From: Chiloscyllium plagiosum
Taxonomy: Eukaryota
DNA length: 48,889 bases
Reading direction: 5' to 3'
NCBI RefSeq assembly: GCF_004010195.1
Contig: NC_057718.1
Coordinates: 7,073,579-7,122,467 of the forward strand
The notes under the pieces are model-generated. The model saw only the letters and a program-made list of their open reading frames with translations. It had not been told where the DNA came from and did no database searches. This document shows positions 36,951-48,064 of this stretch, in pieces (within the stretch, counting starts at the first letter, position 1; each line of letters starts with the position of its first letter). The translations under genes were made by a program, and so were the position numbers.

Positions 36951-38291
36951 GAACATAGAACATAGAACATAGAATATAGAACATTACAGTGCAGTACAGG
37001 CCCTTCGGCTCTCAATGTTGCGCCGATCTGTCATACCAATCTGAAGCCCATCCCACCTACACTATTCCATGTACATCCATATGCTTGTCCAATGACAACT
37101 TAAATGTACTTAAAGTTGGTGAATCTACTACCGTGGCAGGCAAAGCATTCCATACCCTTACTACTCTCTGAATAAAAAAACTACTTCTGACATCTGTCCT
37201 ATATCTATCACCCCTCAATTTAAAGCTATTCCCCCACGTGCTCGCTATCACCATTCTTGGAAAAAGGCTCTCCCTGTCCACCCTATGTAACCCTCTGATT
37301 ATCCTATATGTCTCTAGTAAGTCACCCCTCAACCTTCTTCTCTCTAATGAAAACAGCCTCAAGTCCCTCAGCCTTTCCTCGTAAGACTTTCTCTCCATAC
37401 CAGGCAACATCCTAATAAATCTCCTCTGCACCCTTTCCAAAGCTTCCACATCCTTCTTATAATGCGGTGACCAGAACTGTACACAATACTCCAAGTGCAG
37501 CCGCACCAGAGTTTTGTACAGCTGTAGCATAACCTCATGGTTCCAGAACTCAATCCCTCTATTAATAAAAGCTAAAACACTGTATGCCTTCTTAACATCC
37601 CTGTCAACCTGGGTGGCAACTTTCAAAGATCTGTGTACCTGGACACCGAGATCTCTCTGCTCATTGACACTACCAAGAATCTTACCATTAGCCCAGCATT
37701 TTGCATTCCGGTTACTCTGACCAAAGTGAATCACCTCACACTTGTCCGCATTAAACTCCATTTGCCACCTCTCAGCCCAGCTCTGCAGTTTATCTATGTC
37801 TCTCAGTAACCTAAAACATCCTTCGTCACTATCCACAACTCCACCGACCTTAGTGTTGTCTGCAAATTTACTAACCCACCCTTCTACGCCCTCATCCAGG
37901 TAGTTTATAAAAATGACGAACAGCAGTGGACCCAACACCGACCCTTGCGGTACACCTTGCGGACTCCAGGATGAACATTTCCCATCAACCACCACCCTCT
38001 GTCTTCTTTCAGCAAGCCAATTACTGATCCAAACTGCTATATCTCCCACAATCCGCATTTTGTACAATAGCCTACTGTGGGGAACCTCATTGAACGCCTT
38101 GCTGAAATCCATATACACCACCTCAACCGGTTTACTCTCATCTACCTGTTTGGTCACCTTCTCAAAGAACTCAATAAGGTTTGTGAGGCACGAACTACCC
38201 TTCACAAAACTGTGCTGACTATCCCTAATCAAATGTTTCTTTTCTAGATGATTAGAAATCCTATCTTTTATAACCTTTTCCAACACTTTAC
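36951..38291 (-). mobile_element. Young 5'-truncated CR1 LINE with an uninterrupted 409-aa RT/C-terminal ORF (37057-38286)
   Basis: SCLTNL, YMDFSKAF, GVPQGSVLGP, FADNTK and RLHLEYCVQFW motifs. The (tatgttc)n tail abuts the exon acceptor. Confidence 0.95.
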
Positions 38292-38325
38292 ACTTCTAAC
38301 AAGGGGGAGAAGCACAGGTTAATTA

Positions 38326-38848
38326 GAGTCATAGAGTCATTGAGATGTACAGCACAGAAACAGACCCTTTGGTCCAACTCATCCATGCCGACCAGATATC
38401 CTAAGTGAATCTCATCCCATTTGCCAGTATTCACCCCAAATCCCTCTAAACCCTTCCTATTCATATTCCCATCCAGATGCCTTTTAAATATTGTACTTGT
38501 ACCAGCTTCCACTACTTCCTCTGGCAGCTTATTCCATACACACACCACCCTCTGTGTGAAAAAGTTGCCTCTTTGGTCCCTTTTATACTTTTCCCCTCTC
38601 ATCTTAAACCAATGGCATCTACTTCTGGACTCCCCCACCATGGGAAAAAGTCTTGTCTATTCATCCCATCCATGCCCCTCATGATTTTATTAACCTCTAT
38701 AAGGTCAACCCTCAGCTCCAGGGAAAACAGCCCCAGCCTATTCAACCTCTCCCTATAGCACAAACCCTCCAACAGTGGCAACATCCTTGTAAATCTTTTC
38801 TGAACCCTTTCAAGTTTCACAGTGTCTTTCCTGTCGCAGGGAGACCAC
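38326..38848 (-). mobile_element. CR1/HER1 3' fragment
   Basis: LERVQKRFTRML remnant and ctatgact tail. Confidence 0.88.
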
Positions 38849-39390
38849 ACTCAGTGCACCTTCGGGCTCAGCATTATAAATAGCAATCGCTCAACTATAA
38901 TTCCATCAATTTAAGACTCATAACTGCTTGGCAGTACACAATTTAAACATTGCTAAAGAGAGACATGCAATTGAAATCTTCCATTTGGCACTGATCACGA
39001 CTGACCCGCACCATAAATGATTTAGAATTCAGCACTAAACTGACCATTACTCTGATAAATAAAACTGTAGATACTGCAAACCTGGAATGTAAACAGACCT
39101 TGCTGTAGAAGCTCAGTAGGTCTAGAATCATGCATGGAAAGATAAGGTTTCAATCTCAGTGACCCTTCTTCAGAACAATCACTGGTGCCTTCCAGCATCT
39201 CGGTCTGCAGGGTGAGGGACGCGACGCATTGTTTCTGGGACTCTCACAAGGAGGGCATTTTAGCTTCAGAATTCCACAGCTCAGAGTGTGTGGAGCCAAG
39301 ATAGGAGTAGTGGATGCTAATTGTAAGGGCGAGGGCATAGTACAAGAACAAGTTGTCACGTGGCCTTGGAAAGGAAAAGACATCTGTACA

Positions 39391-39950
39391 TACAGAGACC
39401 CCAGAATCTGTTACAGAGACCCCAGAGTCTGTTACAGAGACCCAGGAGCCTGTTACAGAGACCCCAGGGCCTGTTACAGAGACCCCAGGGTCTGTTCCAG
39501 AGACCTCGGAGTCTGTTATAGAAACCCCAGAGCCTGTTACAGAAACCCCATGGCCTGTTACAGAGACCCCGGAGTCTGTTACAGANNNNNNNNNNNNNNN
39601 NNNNNTACAGAGACCCCAGAGTCTGTTACAGAGACCCAGGAGCTTGTTACAGAGACCCCAGGGCCTGTTACAGAGACCTCGGAGTCTGTTACAGAAACCC
39701 CAGAGCCTGTTACAGAAACCCCATGGCCTGTTACAGAGACCCAGGAGCCTGTTACAGAGACCCCAGGGCCTGTTACAGAGACCCCAGGGCCTGTTACAGA
39801 GACCCCGGAGTCTGTTACAGAAACCCCAGGGCCTGTTACAGAGACCCCGGAGTCTGTTACAGAGACCCCAGAGCCTGTTACAGAGACCCCGGAGCCTGTT
39901 ACAGAGATCCCGGAGTCTGCTACAGAGACCCCAGGGCCTATTACAGAGAC
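39391..39950. repeat. 21-bp minisatellite, left block (unit tgttacagagaccccRgagYc), with a 20-N gap
   Basis: Direct tandem periodicity, reflected in heptapeptide ORFs in all frames. Confidence 0.95.
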
Positions 39951-41892
39951 AATAGACAATAGACAATAGGTGCGGGAGTAGGCCATTCAGCCCTTCGAGC
40001 CTGCACCGCCATTCAATATAATCATGGCTGATCATTCCTAATCAGTATCCTGTTCCTGCCTTATCTCCATAACCCTTGATTCCACTATCTTTGAGAGCTC
40101 TATCCAATCTTTCTTAAATGAATCCAGAGAGTGGGCCTCCACTGCCCTCTGGGGCAGAGCATTCCACACACCCACCACTCTCTGGGTGAAGACGTTTCTC
40201 CTGAGCTCTGTCCTAAACGGTCTACCCAGTATTTTTAAGCTGTGTCCTCTGGTTCGGCACTCACCCATCAGTGGAAATATGTTTCCTACTGCCAGAGTGT
40301 CCAATCCTTTCATAATCTTATATGTCTCAATCAGATGCCCTCTCAGTCTTCGAAACTCAAGGGGATACAAGCCCAGTCGCTTCAGTCTTTCAGTGTAAGG
40401 TAATCCTGCCATTCCAGGAATTGACCTCGTGAATCTACGCTGCACTCCCTCAATAGCCAGAATGTCTTTTCTCAAATTTGGAGACCAGAACTGCACACAC
40501 TACTCCAGGTGTGGTCTCACCAGGATCCTGTACAGTTGCAGAAGCACCTCTTTGCTTCTATACTCAATTCCTCTGGTTATGAAGGCCAGCATGCTATTAG
40601 CCTTCTTCACTACCTGTTGTACCTACATGCTTGCCTTCATTGACTGGTGTACAAGAACACCCAGATCTCTGTACTGCCCCTTTACATAAATTGATTCCAT
40701 TGAGGTAGTAGTCTGCCTTCCTGTTCTTGCCACCAAAGTGGATAACCATACATTTATCCACATTAAACTGCATCTGCCATGCATCTGACCACTCACAGGT
40801 CACCCTGTAATCTCCTAACATCCTCATCACATTTCACCCAGCTTTGTATCATCAGCAAATTTGCTAATGTTATTGCTAATACCATCTTCTATATCATTAA
40901 CATATATTGTAAAAAGCTGTGCTCCCAGCACGGATCCCTGCGGTACCCCACGGGTCACTGTCTGCCATTCCGAAATGGAGCCCTTTATCACTACCCTTTG
41001 TTTCCNNNNNNNNNNNNNNNNNNNNNNNNNNNNNNNNNNNNNNNNNNNNNNNNNNNNNNNNNNNNNNNNNNNNNNNNNNNNNNNNNNNNNNNNNNNNNNN
41101 NNNNNNNNNNNNNNNNNNNNNNNNNNNNNNNNNNNNNNNNNNNNNNNNNNNNNNNNNNNNNNNNNNNNNNNNNNNNNNNNNNNNNNNNNNNNNNNNNNNN
41201 NNNNNNNNNNNNNNNNNNNNNNNNNNNNNNNNNNNNNNNNNNNNNNNNNNNNNNNNNNNNNNNNNNNNNNNNNNNNNNNNNNNNNNNNNNNNNNNNNNNN
41301 NNNNNNNNNNNNNNNNNNNNNNNNNNNNNNNNNNNNNNNNNNNNNNNNNNNNNNNNNNNNNNNNNNNNNNNNNNNNNNNNNNNNNNCTTTCTTCCTTTTT
41401 GGGATGAACTGATCCTGCAACTTCTGCATTATACACAGAAATATCTGCCATTGTTCCTCCACTGTCATCCCTGCTAAGGTATTGCACCATTGAACTTTGG
41501 CCAGCTCCTCCCTCATAGCTCCATAGTTCCCTTTATTCAACAGAAATATTGTCACTTCCGATTGTACCCTCTCCCTCTCAAATTGCAGATTGTAGCTTAT
41601 TGTATTATGGTCACTACTTCCCAATGGCTCCTTCACTTCGAGGTCTCTGACCAATTCTGGTTCGTTACACAATACCAGATCCAGAATTGCCTTCTCCCTG
41701 GTCGGCTCCAGCACCAGCTGCTCTAAGAATCCATCTCTGAGGCACTCCACAAAGTCTCTTTCTTGAGGCCCCATACCATCCTGATTCTCCCAGTCTACCT
41801 GCTGTTAAAATCCCCCATAACAACTGTAGTGACATCTTTGCAACAGGCCAATTTCAGCTCCTGATTTAACTTACATTCGACATCCAGACTAC
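39949..41892 (-). mobile_element. CR1 LINE (APE endonuclease C-terminus to 3' tail) inserted in the minisatellite; N gap at 41006-41386
   Basis: PTREKAILDLVL..GSSDH, GVPQGSVLG and KFADDTK motifs, (ctattgt)3 tail, frameshifts. Confidence 0.92.
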
Positions 41893-42612
41893 TGTTACAG
41901 AGACCCCGGAGCCCATTACAGAGACCCTTGAACCTGTTACAGAAACCCCAGAGCCTGTTACAGAGACCCCGGAGTCTGTTACAGAGACCCCAGAGCCTGT
42001 TACAGAGACCCCAGAGCCTGTTACAGAGACCCCAGAGTCTGTTACAGAGATCCCGGAGCCTGTTACAGAGACCCTGGAGTCTGTTACAGAGACCCCGGAG
42101 TCTGTTACAGAGACCCCAGAGCCTGTTACAGAGACCCCGGGGCCTGTTACAGAGACCCCGGAGCCCGTTACAGAGACCCTTGAACCTGTTACAGAGACCC
42201 CAGGGCCTGTTACAGAGACCCTGGAGTCTGTTACAGAGACCCCAGAGCCTGTTACAGAGACCCTTGAACCTGTTACAGAGACCCCGGAGTCTGTTACAGA
42301 GACCCTTGAACCTGTTACAGAGACCCCGGAGTCTGTTACAGAGATGCCAGAGCTTATTACAGCTACCCCAGAAATGTAACAGTGACCCTGGGGCCTGTTA
42401 CAGAGATCCCAGAACCTGTTACAGAGACCCTAGAGCCTGTTACAGAGACCCCGGGAATGTACCAGTGACCCTGGGGTCTGTTACAGAGACCCCGGAGTCT
42501 GTTACAGAGACCCTGAAGTCTGTTACAGAGACCCTAGGCCCTGTTACAGAGACCCAATAGCCTGTTACAGAGACCCCGGGAATGTAACAGTGACCCTGAG
42601 GCCTGTTGCACC
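41893..42612. repeat. 21-bp minisatellite, right block
   Basis: Same unit as the left block, decaying toward the right end. Confidence 0.95.
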
Positions 42613-42674
42613 AGTAAAATCCTTTTCCTTGCAGTTTTTTATATCGATGTGACAATAAATCTAAATCTACTATG

Positions 42675-43047
42675 TGGAACAAAAACAGAAGTTGCTGGAG
42701 TAACTGAGCAGGTACGGCAGCATCTGTGGAAAAAGAAACACAAAGAATGTTTTGGATTCTTCAGCCTACCCATTATCGCCAGTTCTTTGCCGTCATTATC
42801 ATTTATTCCTCTGTCCTGTCTTACTATCAATAATGCCATTGTCTGTCTGCCTACCGCTTTCATCTCTCTCTCTCTCTCTTTCTCTCTCTGTCTCCACCTA
42901 TCTGCTTCACTCCCATCCCAACCATAATCCAATCTTCACTATAAACACCACGTTTTCATAGTTGCTCTCAGCTCTGATGAAGAGTCACCGGACCCGAAAC
43001 ATTCACTCTGTTTTTCTCTCTCTCCACAGTTGCAGCCAGACCTGCTG
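42675..43047. mobile_element. Family C PLE-derived inverted element with a hammerhead-like motif
   Basis: CUGAUGA-agaguc-accg-gaccc-GAAA-ca-UU at about 42974-43003, with partial inverted arms. Confidence 0.6.
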
Positions 43048-43222
43048 GTTTGGTTATTGATCTGATTCACCCTGCACCAGTTGGCTGTTAACTGAGTGAC
43101 TGTCACCTATTGCTGTTTGGTGTTGCCAGCCTGTGTTGGTAAATGCAGTGCACTGAAACGTACAACACTGTGCTGCATAAATGAACCTTTCCTTTTAAAT
43201 TATAAGTCACGGAATAAGATAC

Positions 43223-43285
43223 CTGATACGTCGTCTCATTCAATAACTCTGAGCTTTCAATAGAGACTTGGAATGGCAGCCCCAC
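43223..43285 (-). CDS. CD109: CD109-like exon (63 bp, phase 0-0): VGLPFQVSIESSELLNETTYQ
   Basis: ctag acceptor and gtatct donor. Resembles CD109 'VGSPFELVVSGNKRLKELSYM'. Confidence 0.8.
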
Positions 43286-43366
43286 CTAGAGGTAAACACA
43301 GCTCGTTAATGCACTTTAAAATCAAGATGTGGAGAATAATGGGGTGAATTTCTCTCTGATCATTAC

Positions 43367-43468
43367 CTTGAGAACAGGACTCTGAGTTTGAAGTTGGATA
43401 ACTGGTCTCCTGTAAAACCAGTTATTAGTGCTCACTGAAATATGTTCCACAGTTTTCACAAATTGCAT
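43367..43468 (-). CDS. CD109: CD109-like exon (102 bp, phase 0-0): MQFVKTVEHISVSTNNWFYRRPVIQLQTQSPVLK
   Basis: ccaacag acceptor and gtaatg donor, open frame, 'IQL' motif at the expected position. An 81-bp intron separates it from the next exon. Confidence 0.75.
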
Positions 43469-43829
43469 CTGTTGGGAATTTTAGCAACAAAGTGAGTATC
43501 CCCTGCATTTATCCACATGCCCCAGCTGTTTCTACAATCCCCAAATTCATCTAATGCTGCTTTATTCTCAACTGACATAAATTCATGGACTGACATATGT
43601 GAGGAATATTACACTTGACGATAATTAAAATACTGGGTATGGTCAGCATTGTTTACCCATTTGACCCCACGTTGTCAAGTCATTTCAGAGGGCAATTACA
43701 AGCAATTACATTGTTACATGTCTGAAGGCACTGGTCAGCCAGGCCAGATAGGAACAGGTCATTAGTGAACTAGGTTAATTTTGACTGAGAATTTAATTTA
43801 TTAACTGAATTTAAATCCAGTCCCTGTGA

Positions 43830-45290
43830 GGCTGAGTATAAGTGAGTGAGAATGTGTGACCCTATTTAAGAGTGTATGTGAACACGTGAGTGTGTGTGAG
43901 AGTAAGTGTGTGAGTGACAGGGTAAGTTTGTGACAATGTGTATGAGTGAGTGAGAGTATATGAATGAGTGTGTGTGTTTGAGTGTATATAAACATGAGAC
44001 AGTGTGTATGAGTGTGAGTGAAAGAATGAGTGCATGTTAGGGAGAATGTGTATGAGTGAACAATAGTGTATGAATGAGTGTGTGTTTGATAGTGTATGTG
44101 AATATGAGTGTGTGTGTGAGTCTGTATGAGTGTGAGTGAAAGGATGAGTGTGTGTTTATGAGAATTTGAATGAGTGAGCGAGACTGTGAATGTGTGAATG
44201 GGAACTTGTGCATGTAAAAATAAATATCAAATTGAGCAACTGTGGATAAGAAAATATTGAGCATATCATCCTTTATTTGAACTGGTTGGTTTTTGCCCAA
44301 ATTGAGTTGTTCCTTTGACACTGATTGACCTGTAGTGTTATTCAGTCATGTTGATGTGTGTATATATCAACACATGCACACTGCAGTTTATTCCCACTCA
44401 TCCTCATGCTCCCCCCCTCAATGCTGTCATGGATTTACCACCAGATCTCAGCATTCCCAACAGAGCAGAATACCCGCCAGCACGCAACATCACTCCCATC
44501 GGTCCAGCAGCACCAGCCCTCCCAGAGCCCATGTCAAACTGGAATGGGAAAAGAGTGAGAGTGAGTGAGAGAGAAGCGATATGAGTTAGTGAAACTGAGT
44601 ATGAGTGAGAGTGAGGGTGAGTGAAAGATAAAAGTGTAAGCAAATGAGAACGTGTGTGTGTGTAAGTGAGAGTGTGTGTGAGTGTGTGAGTTATATATGC
44701 AAATGAGTTGGAGTATGTGTAAATGAGAGTGTGTGAGTGAATGTGTGTGACAGTGAGTGTGAGCGAGTGTGAATGAGTGAGAGAGAGTAAGAGTGTGAAT
44801 GAATGAGTGAAATTGTGTAAACAAGTTTGATTGTAAGTGATGGCGTGTTTATGTATGAGTGAGTAAGTGTATGCGAGAGGGAGCCACTGTGTGTCAATGA
44901 CTGTGACTTTGATAATGAGTCATAGTGAGAGTTTGTGATTGTGTGCATGTGTATGTGTGCACGTGTGCATGTGCATGCATCTGCATGTTTGTATATGTGG
45001 TTGTGCATGTGTGCTTGTGTGTGTTTTCATGCACGTGTATGTGTGTGTGTATGCTTGTATGTGTGCATTGTGTCCGTGTTGTGTGTCAGTGCATGCATGT
45101 GTGTGTGTCAGTGTGTGTATGTGTGTGTCTTGTGCGTGAGTCTGTGTTGTGTGGTGAGTGTGTGTGTTGTGTGTGTGTTGAATGCGATATGTGTGTGCGA
45201 GCATATATGTTTGCAGTGGGTGTGTATGTTATATGGTAAGTGAGTGTGTGTGTGTGTGTGTTCTGTGGTGAGTGTGTGTGTGTGTGCAGG
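43830..45290. repeat. Long imperfect GT/GA-rich simple repeats (about 43830-44200 and 44550-45290)
   Basis: Seen directly as gagtgt/gtgt runs. Confidence 0.9.
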
Positions 45291-45318
45291 AGATGGCTTA
45301 AGAGGGTCCAAATTCTAC

Positions 45319-45573
45319 CTGTATCCATAAGTTCACAGTGTTTGGCAACAATGGAAACTGAAGCGTAACCAATCCGCTCTCTGGAACAGTGACATTGATG
45401 ATGCGTTTGGATGTCTCCCATAAATCCCTGGCGATATCAACACGTTCCAATGGGTTGCTGGTGAGTGTTGAATTTACAGCTGGGTGTCTTTGGGTCTCTG
45501 ATACTTGGACAATGAGAATGTTTGCTCTATCTTGCAGTGTCAGTTTCCTGTGATCGACACGTGTCACATGCAC
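45319..45573 (-). CDS. CD109: CD109-like exon (255 bp, phase 0-0): VHVTRVDHRKLTLQDRAN...INVTVPESGLVTLQFPLLPNTVNLWIQ
   Basis: ttcaag acceptor and gtagaa donor, inside ORF 45298..45615. Resembles CD109 'KVTRADG..LT...NYTVPQSG...FPIL'. Confidence 0.85.
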
Positions 45574-46064
45574 CTTGAAATTAACAAGAGAAGCGTTCAG
45601 TTGCTCAATGGTCACAAAAATGCAGCAACACCGTTGACATGACCAGAATGCTCAGATTCACTGAAGGGAAATACTTAGTGAAGCTAACAGTCCTGGCAAT
45701 GAATCTTTTTGTGAATTAAATACCAAAAGCGAGTTAAAAGTAAATCTTATGTCCTCAATGAGATAAGGACATAAAACCATGACAAAGAGGAACAGGATGA
45801 GGCCATTCAGCTCCTCGAGTCTGCTCCAAAATTCAATAGGATCATGGCTGATCCAACATTCCTCACATTTATTTTCCTGCATTTTCCCCATATCCCTTGG
45901 TTCCCCTTCGCTCCCACCGATACTCTCATGGGGTCATAGGTTTCTACCAGAACCCAGCACCCATAACCTGGCAGAACCCATTCCCCTCCCCAACCACCAC
46001 ATTTAGCGGTTCAGCAGGAGATGGTTAATCAAGGCTGCTTTCTCAAATGAGGATAAAGATAGAA

Positions 46065-46275
46065 TAATAGAATCCCTAAGGTGTAGAAGCAGGCCATTCA
46101 GCCCATCAAGTCCACACTGCCCCTCCTCAGAGAGCATCCTACCCAGACACACACCCTACCCTCTCCTATTCCTATAACCTTGCGTTTCCCATGGCTAATC
46201 CACCCAGTCTGCAAATCCCTTGGACATTATGGGCAATTTAGCACAGCCATTCCATCTGACCCATACAGCTTTGGA
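46065..46275 (-). mobile_element. HE1 SINE 3' part
   Basis: Tail and part of the core. Confidence 0.7.
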
Positions 46276-46747
46276 CAGCAGGAAGAAACCATTGAGCCAC
46301 TATACAGCCCCCTGGTAAATAGGCATGAATTGTATTTGCTCTTTGTGGGATCTTGCTGTGTACCGAACATCCAAAAAGGATTGCACATCAGCAGTGATGG
46401 GGCAGCAAAGGCGGATAAACTGCTTGAAGTGCATTTGGACACACAATAATGCTTTTGATACAGTCCAACTGCTGCCATCTCAGAGTATGTAGGATTGGAT
46501 TATAATACATGCTGGACTAACGAACAAAGACAAGTTCAGTTCCTTTCTCAAAGGTGATGGTGGCACTGATCCAAAGAGAATTTAAAAGATCCTGGTGGAC
46601 TGGAGACTTGTCATTGTGTGTTAATGTGAATTGACTATCCGCACCCATTGCCTCACCCCAGCCTACCTCCCAACCACCTCCCGGCTCTCACCCAGGCTTG
46701 GTCACAATCGGACCTCTGAGGATAGATCTGTCTCGATGAGTACTTAC

Positions 46748-46857
46748 CCTGGCTGTGAAGTTGAGTGGAGGCTTTAGTATTTTCTGATAGCTGAGAGTCT
46801 GCAGCTGGTATTTCGTGAAAGAAACAGTGACATTTACGTCTGTGGATTGAGTCACTC
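46748..46857 (-). CDS. CD109: CD109-like internal exon 1 of 12 in window (110 bp, phase 1-0): (G)VTQSTDVNVTVSFTKYQLQTLSYQKILKPPLNFTAR
   Basis: ctgcag acceptor and gtaagt donor on the minus strand. The peptide resembles the CD109 'LKPSLNFTA' MG-domain segment and is in phase with the next exon. Confidence 0.85.
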
Positions 46858-47094
46858 CTGCAGTCACAAAACAGGACTTTTAATCACGACCGTGCACTCA
46901 GTCAATCTGGTGAAATTATTCCATTCAGTATATATTTAATAACTAGCCCTATTCCAACATGGACAGGTACAAACCCAGGTTCACAAACTGAGTTGTATGT
47001 GCACTTCAAACAACAAGGGACAATTTCAGAATAAAATCCACCCATTTACGTTGATAATGAGAACATGTTCCACTATATACCTGAGCCTGATTTA

Positions 47095-47550
47095 GCGTCA
47101 TAGAGATGTACAGCACGGAAACAGAGCTTTCGGTCCAACTCATCCATGCCAACCAGATATCCCAACTTAATCTAGTCCCATTTGCTAGCACTTGGCCCAT
47201 ATCCCTCTAAACTCTTCCTAATATCCCCATCCAGACGCCTTTTAAATATTGTCATTGTACCAGCCCCACCCCACCCACCCCACCCCCACTCTCTCTGGTA
47301 GCCCATTCCACACATGCACATTCCCGCCCTCTCCCCCCCATCTCCAGCATCAAAACATTATCCCTTAGGTCCCTTTTACATCTTTCCCCTCTCACCTTAA
47401 ACTTACGCCCTCTAGTATTGCACTCCCCTGCTCTGGAGTAAGGATGCTGGCTATTTACCCGATCCATGCCCCTCATGATTGTACAAACCTCCATAAGGTT
47501 ACAAACCCCTCAGCCTCTGAAACTCCTGGGAAAACAGCCCCAGCCTATTT
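47095..47550 (-). mobile_element. CR1/HER1 3' fragment
   Basis: Tail plus decayed ORF2 end. Confidence 0.85.
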
Positions 47551-48064
47551 GGGCAGTTCTAGACTATAACCCCATATGTGGTCATTTATTTGACGGATAG
47601 TTCTCGGGGATATTCTGTGTCCAAATTGGTTGTCTGATTTTACTATGTTGTAAAAGATAACCAATACAGGGAAGAATTTTTTTTTTTGTCATTGAGTCAT
47701 AGAGCATTACATCATGAAAAGAGAGCCCTTGGCCCATTGTGTCTGAGTTGGTCTTCATGGAATCAAACAGTACTGGCCTTCAACCCATCAAGTCTGACTC
47801 GTTTAAGAACATACTACTATCTACACTCACCTTTATTTTCCAGCACTTGGCCCATAGTCTTGAATGCTAGGACATTTCAAGTACTCATCCAAGTATTCTT
47901 TAATGGTTGTGACGTTTCCCTCCTAGATAGTGCACTCCAGACCCTCAGTATCCTCAGGGTGACAAAACGTTTCCTCTCTACACCTCTTCACTCTCCCCTT
48001 CTTACTGACAAGTATCTATCCACTGTAATTCCATTTCCCAACATGTGGCCCATCATGTTGGCTT

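Noticed and set aside
37057..38286. Autonomous or domesticated RT gene
   Set aside because: 5'-truncated with no endonuclease, no ATG at the ORF start, FADN active site and small deletions. Young age alone explains the open frame. Kept only as a cryptic-exon candidate.
40779..41774. ORFs of 160-315 aa
   Set aside because: Inflated by the 381-N gap. The real parts are CR1 ORF2.
39229..42560. Long repetitive ORFs (TETPESV, CYRDPR, LLQRP, GLCNR)
   Set aside because: They are frame translations of an intronic 21-bp minisatellite that spans Ns and is split by a LINE, with no supporting gene structure.
39391..42612. CRISPR-like array
   Set aside because: Head-to-tail repeats without unique spacers, a eukaryotic context and no cas genes.
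43801..45421. His/Thr- and Cys/Val-rich ORFs
   Set aside because: Translations of CA/GT simple repeats.
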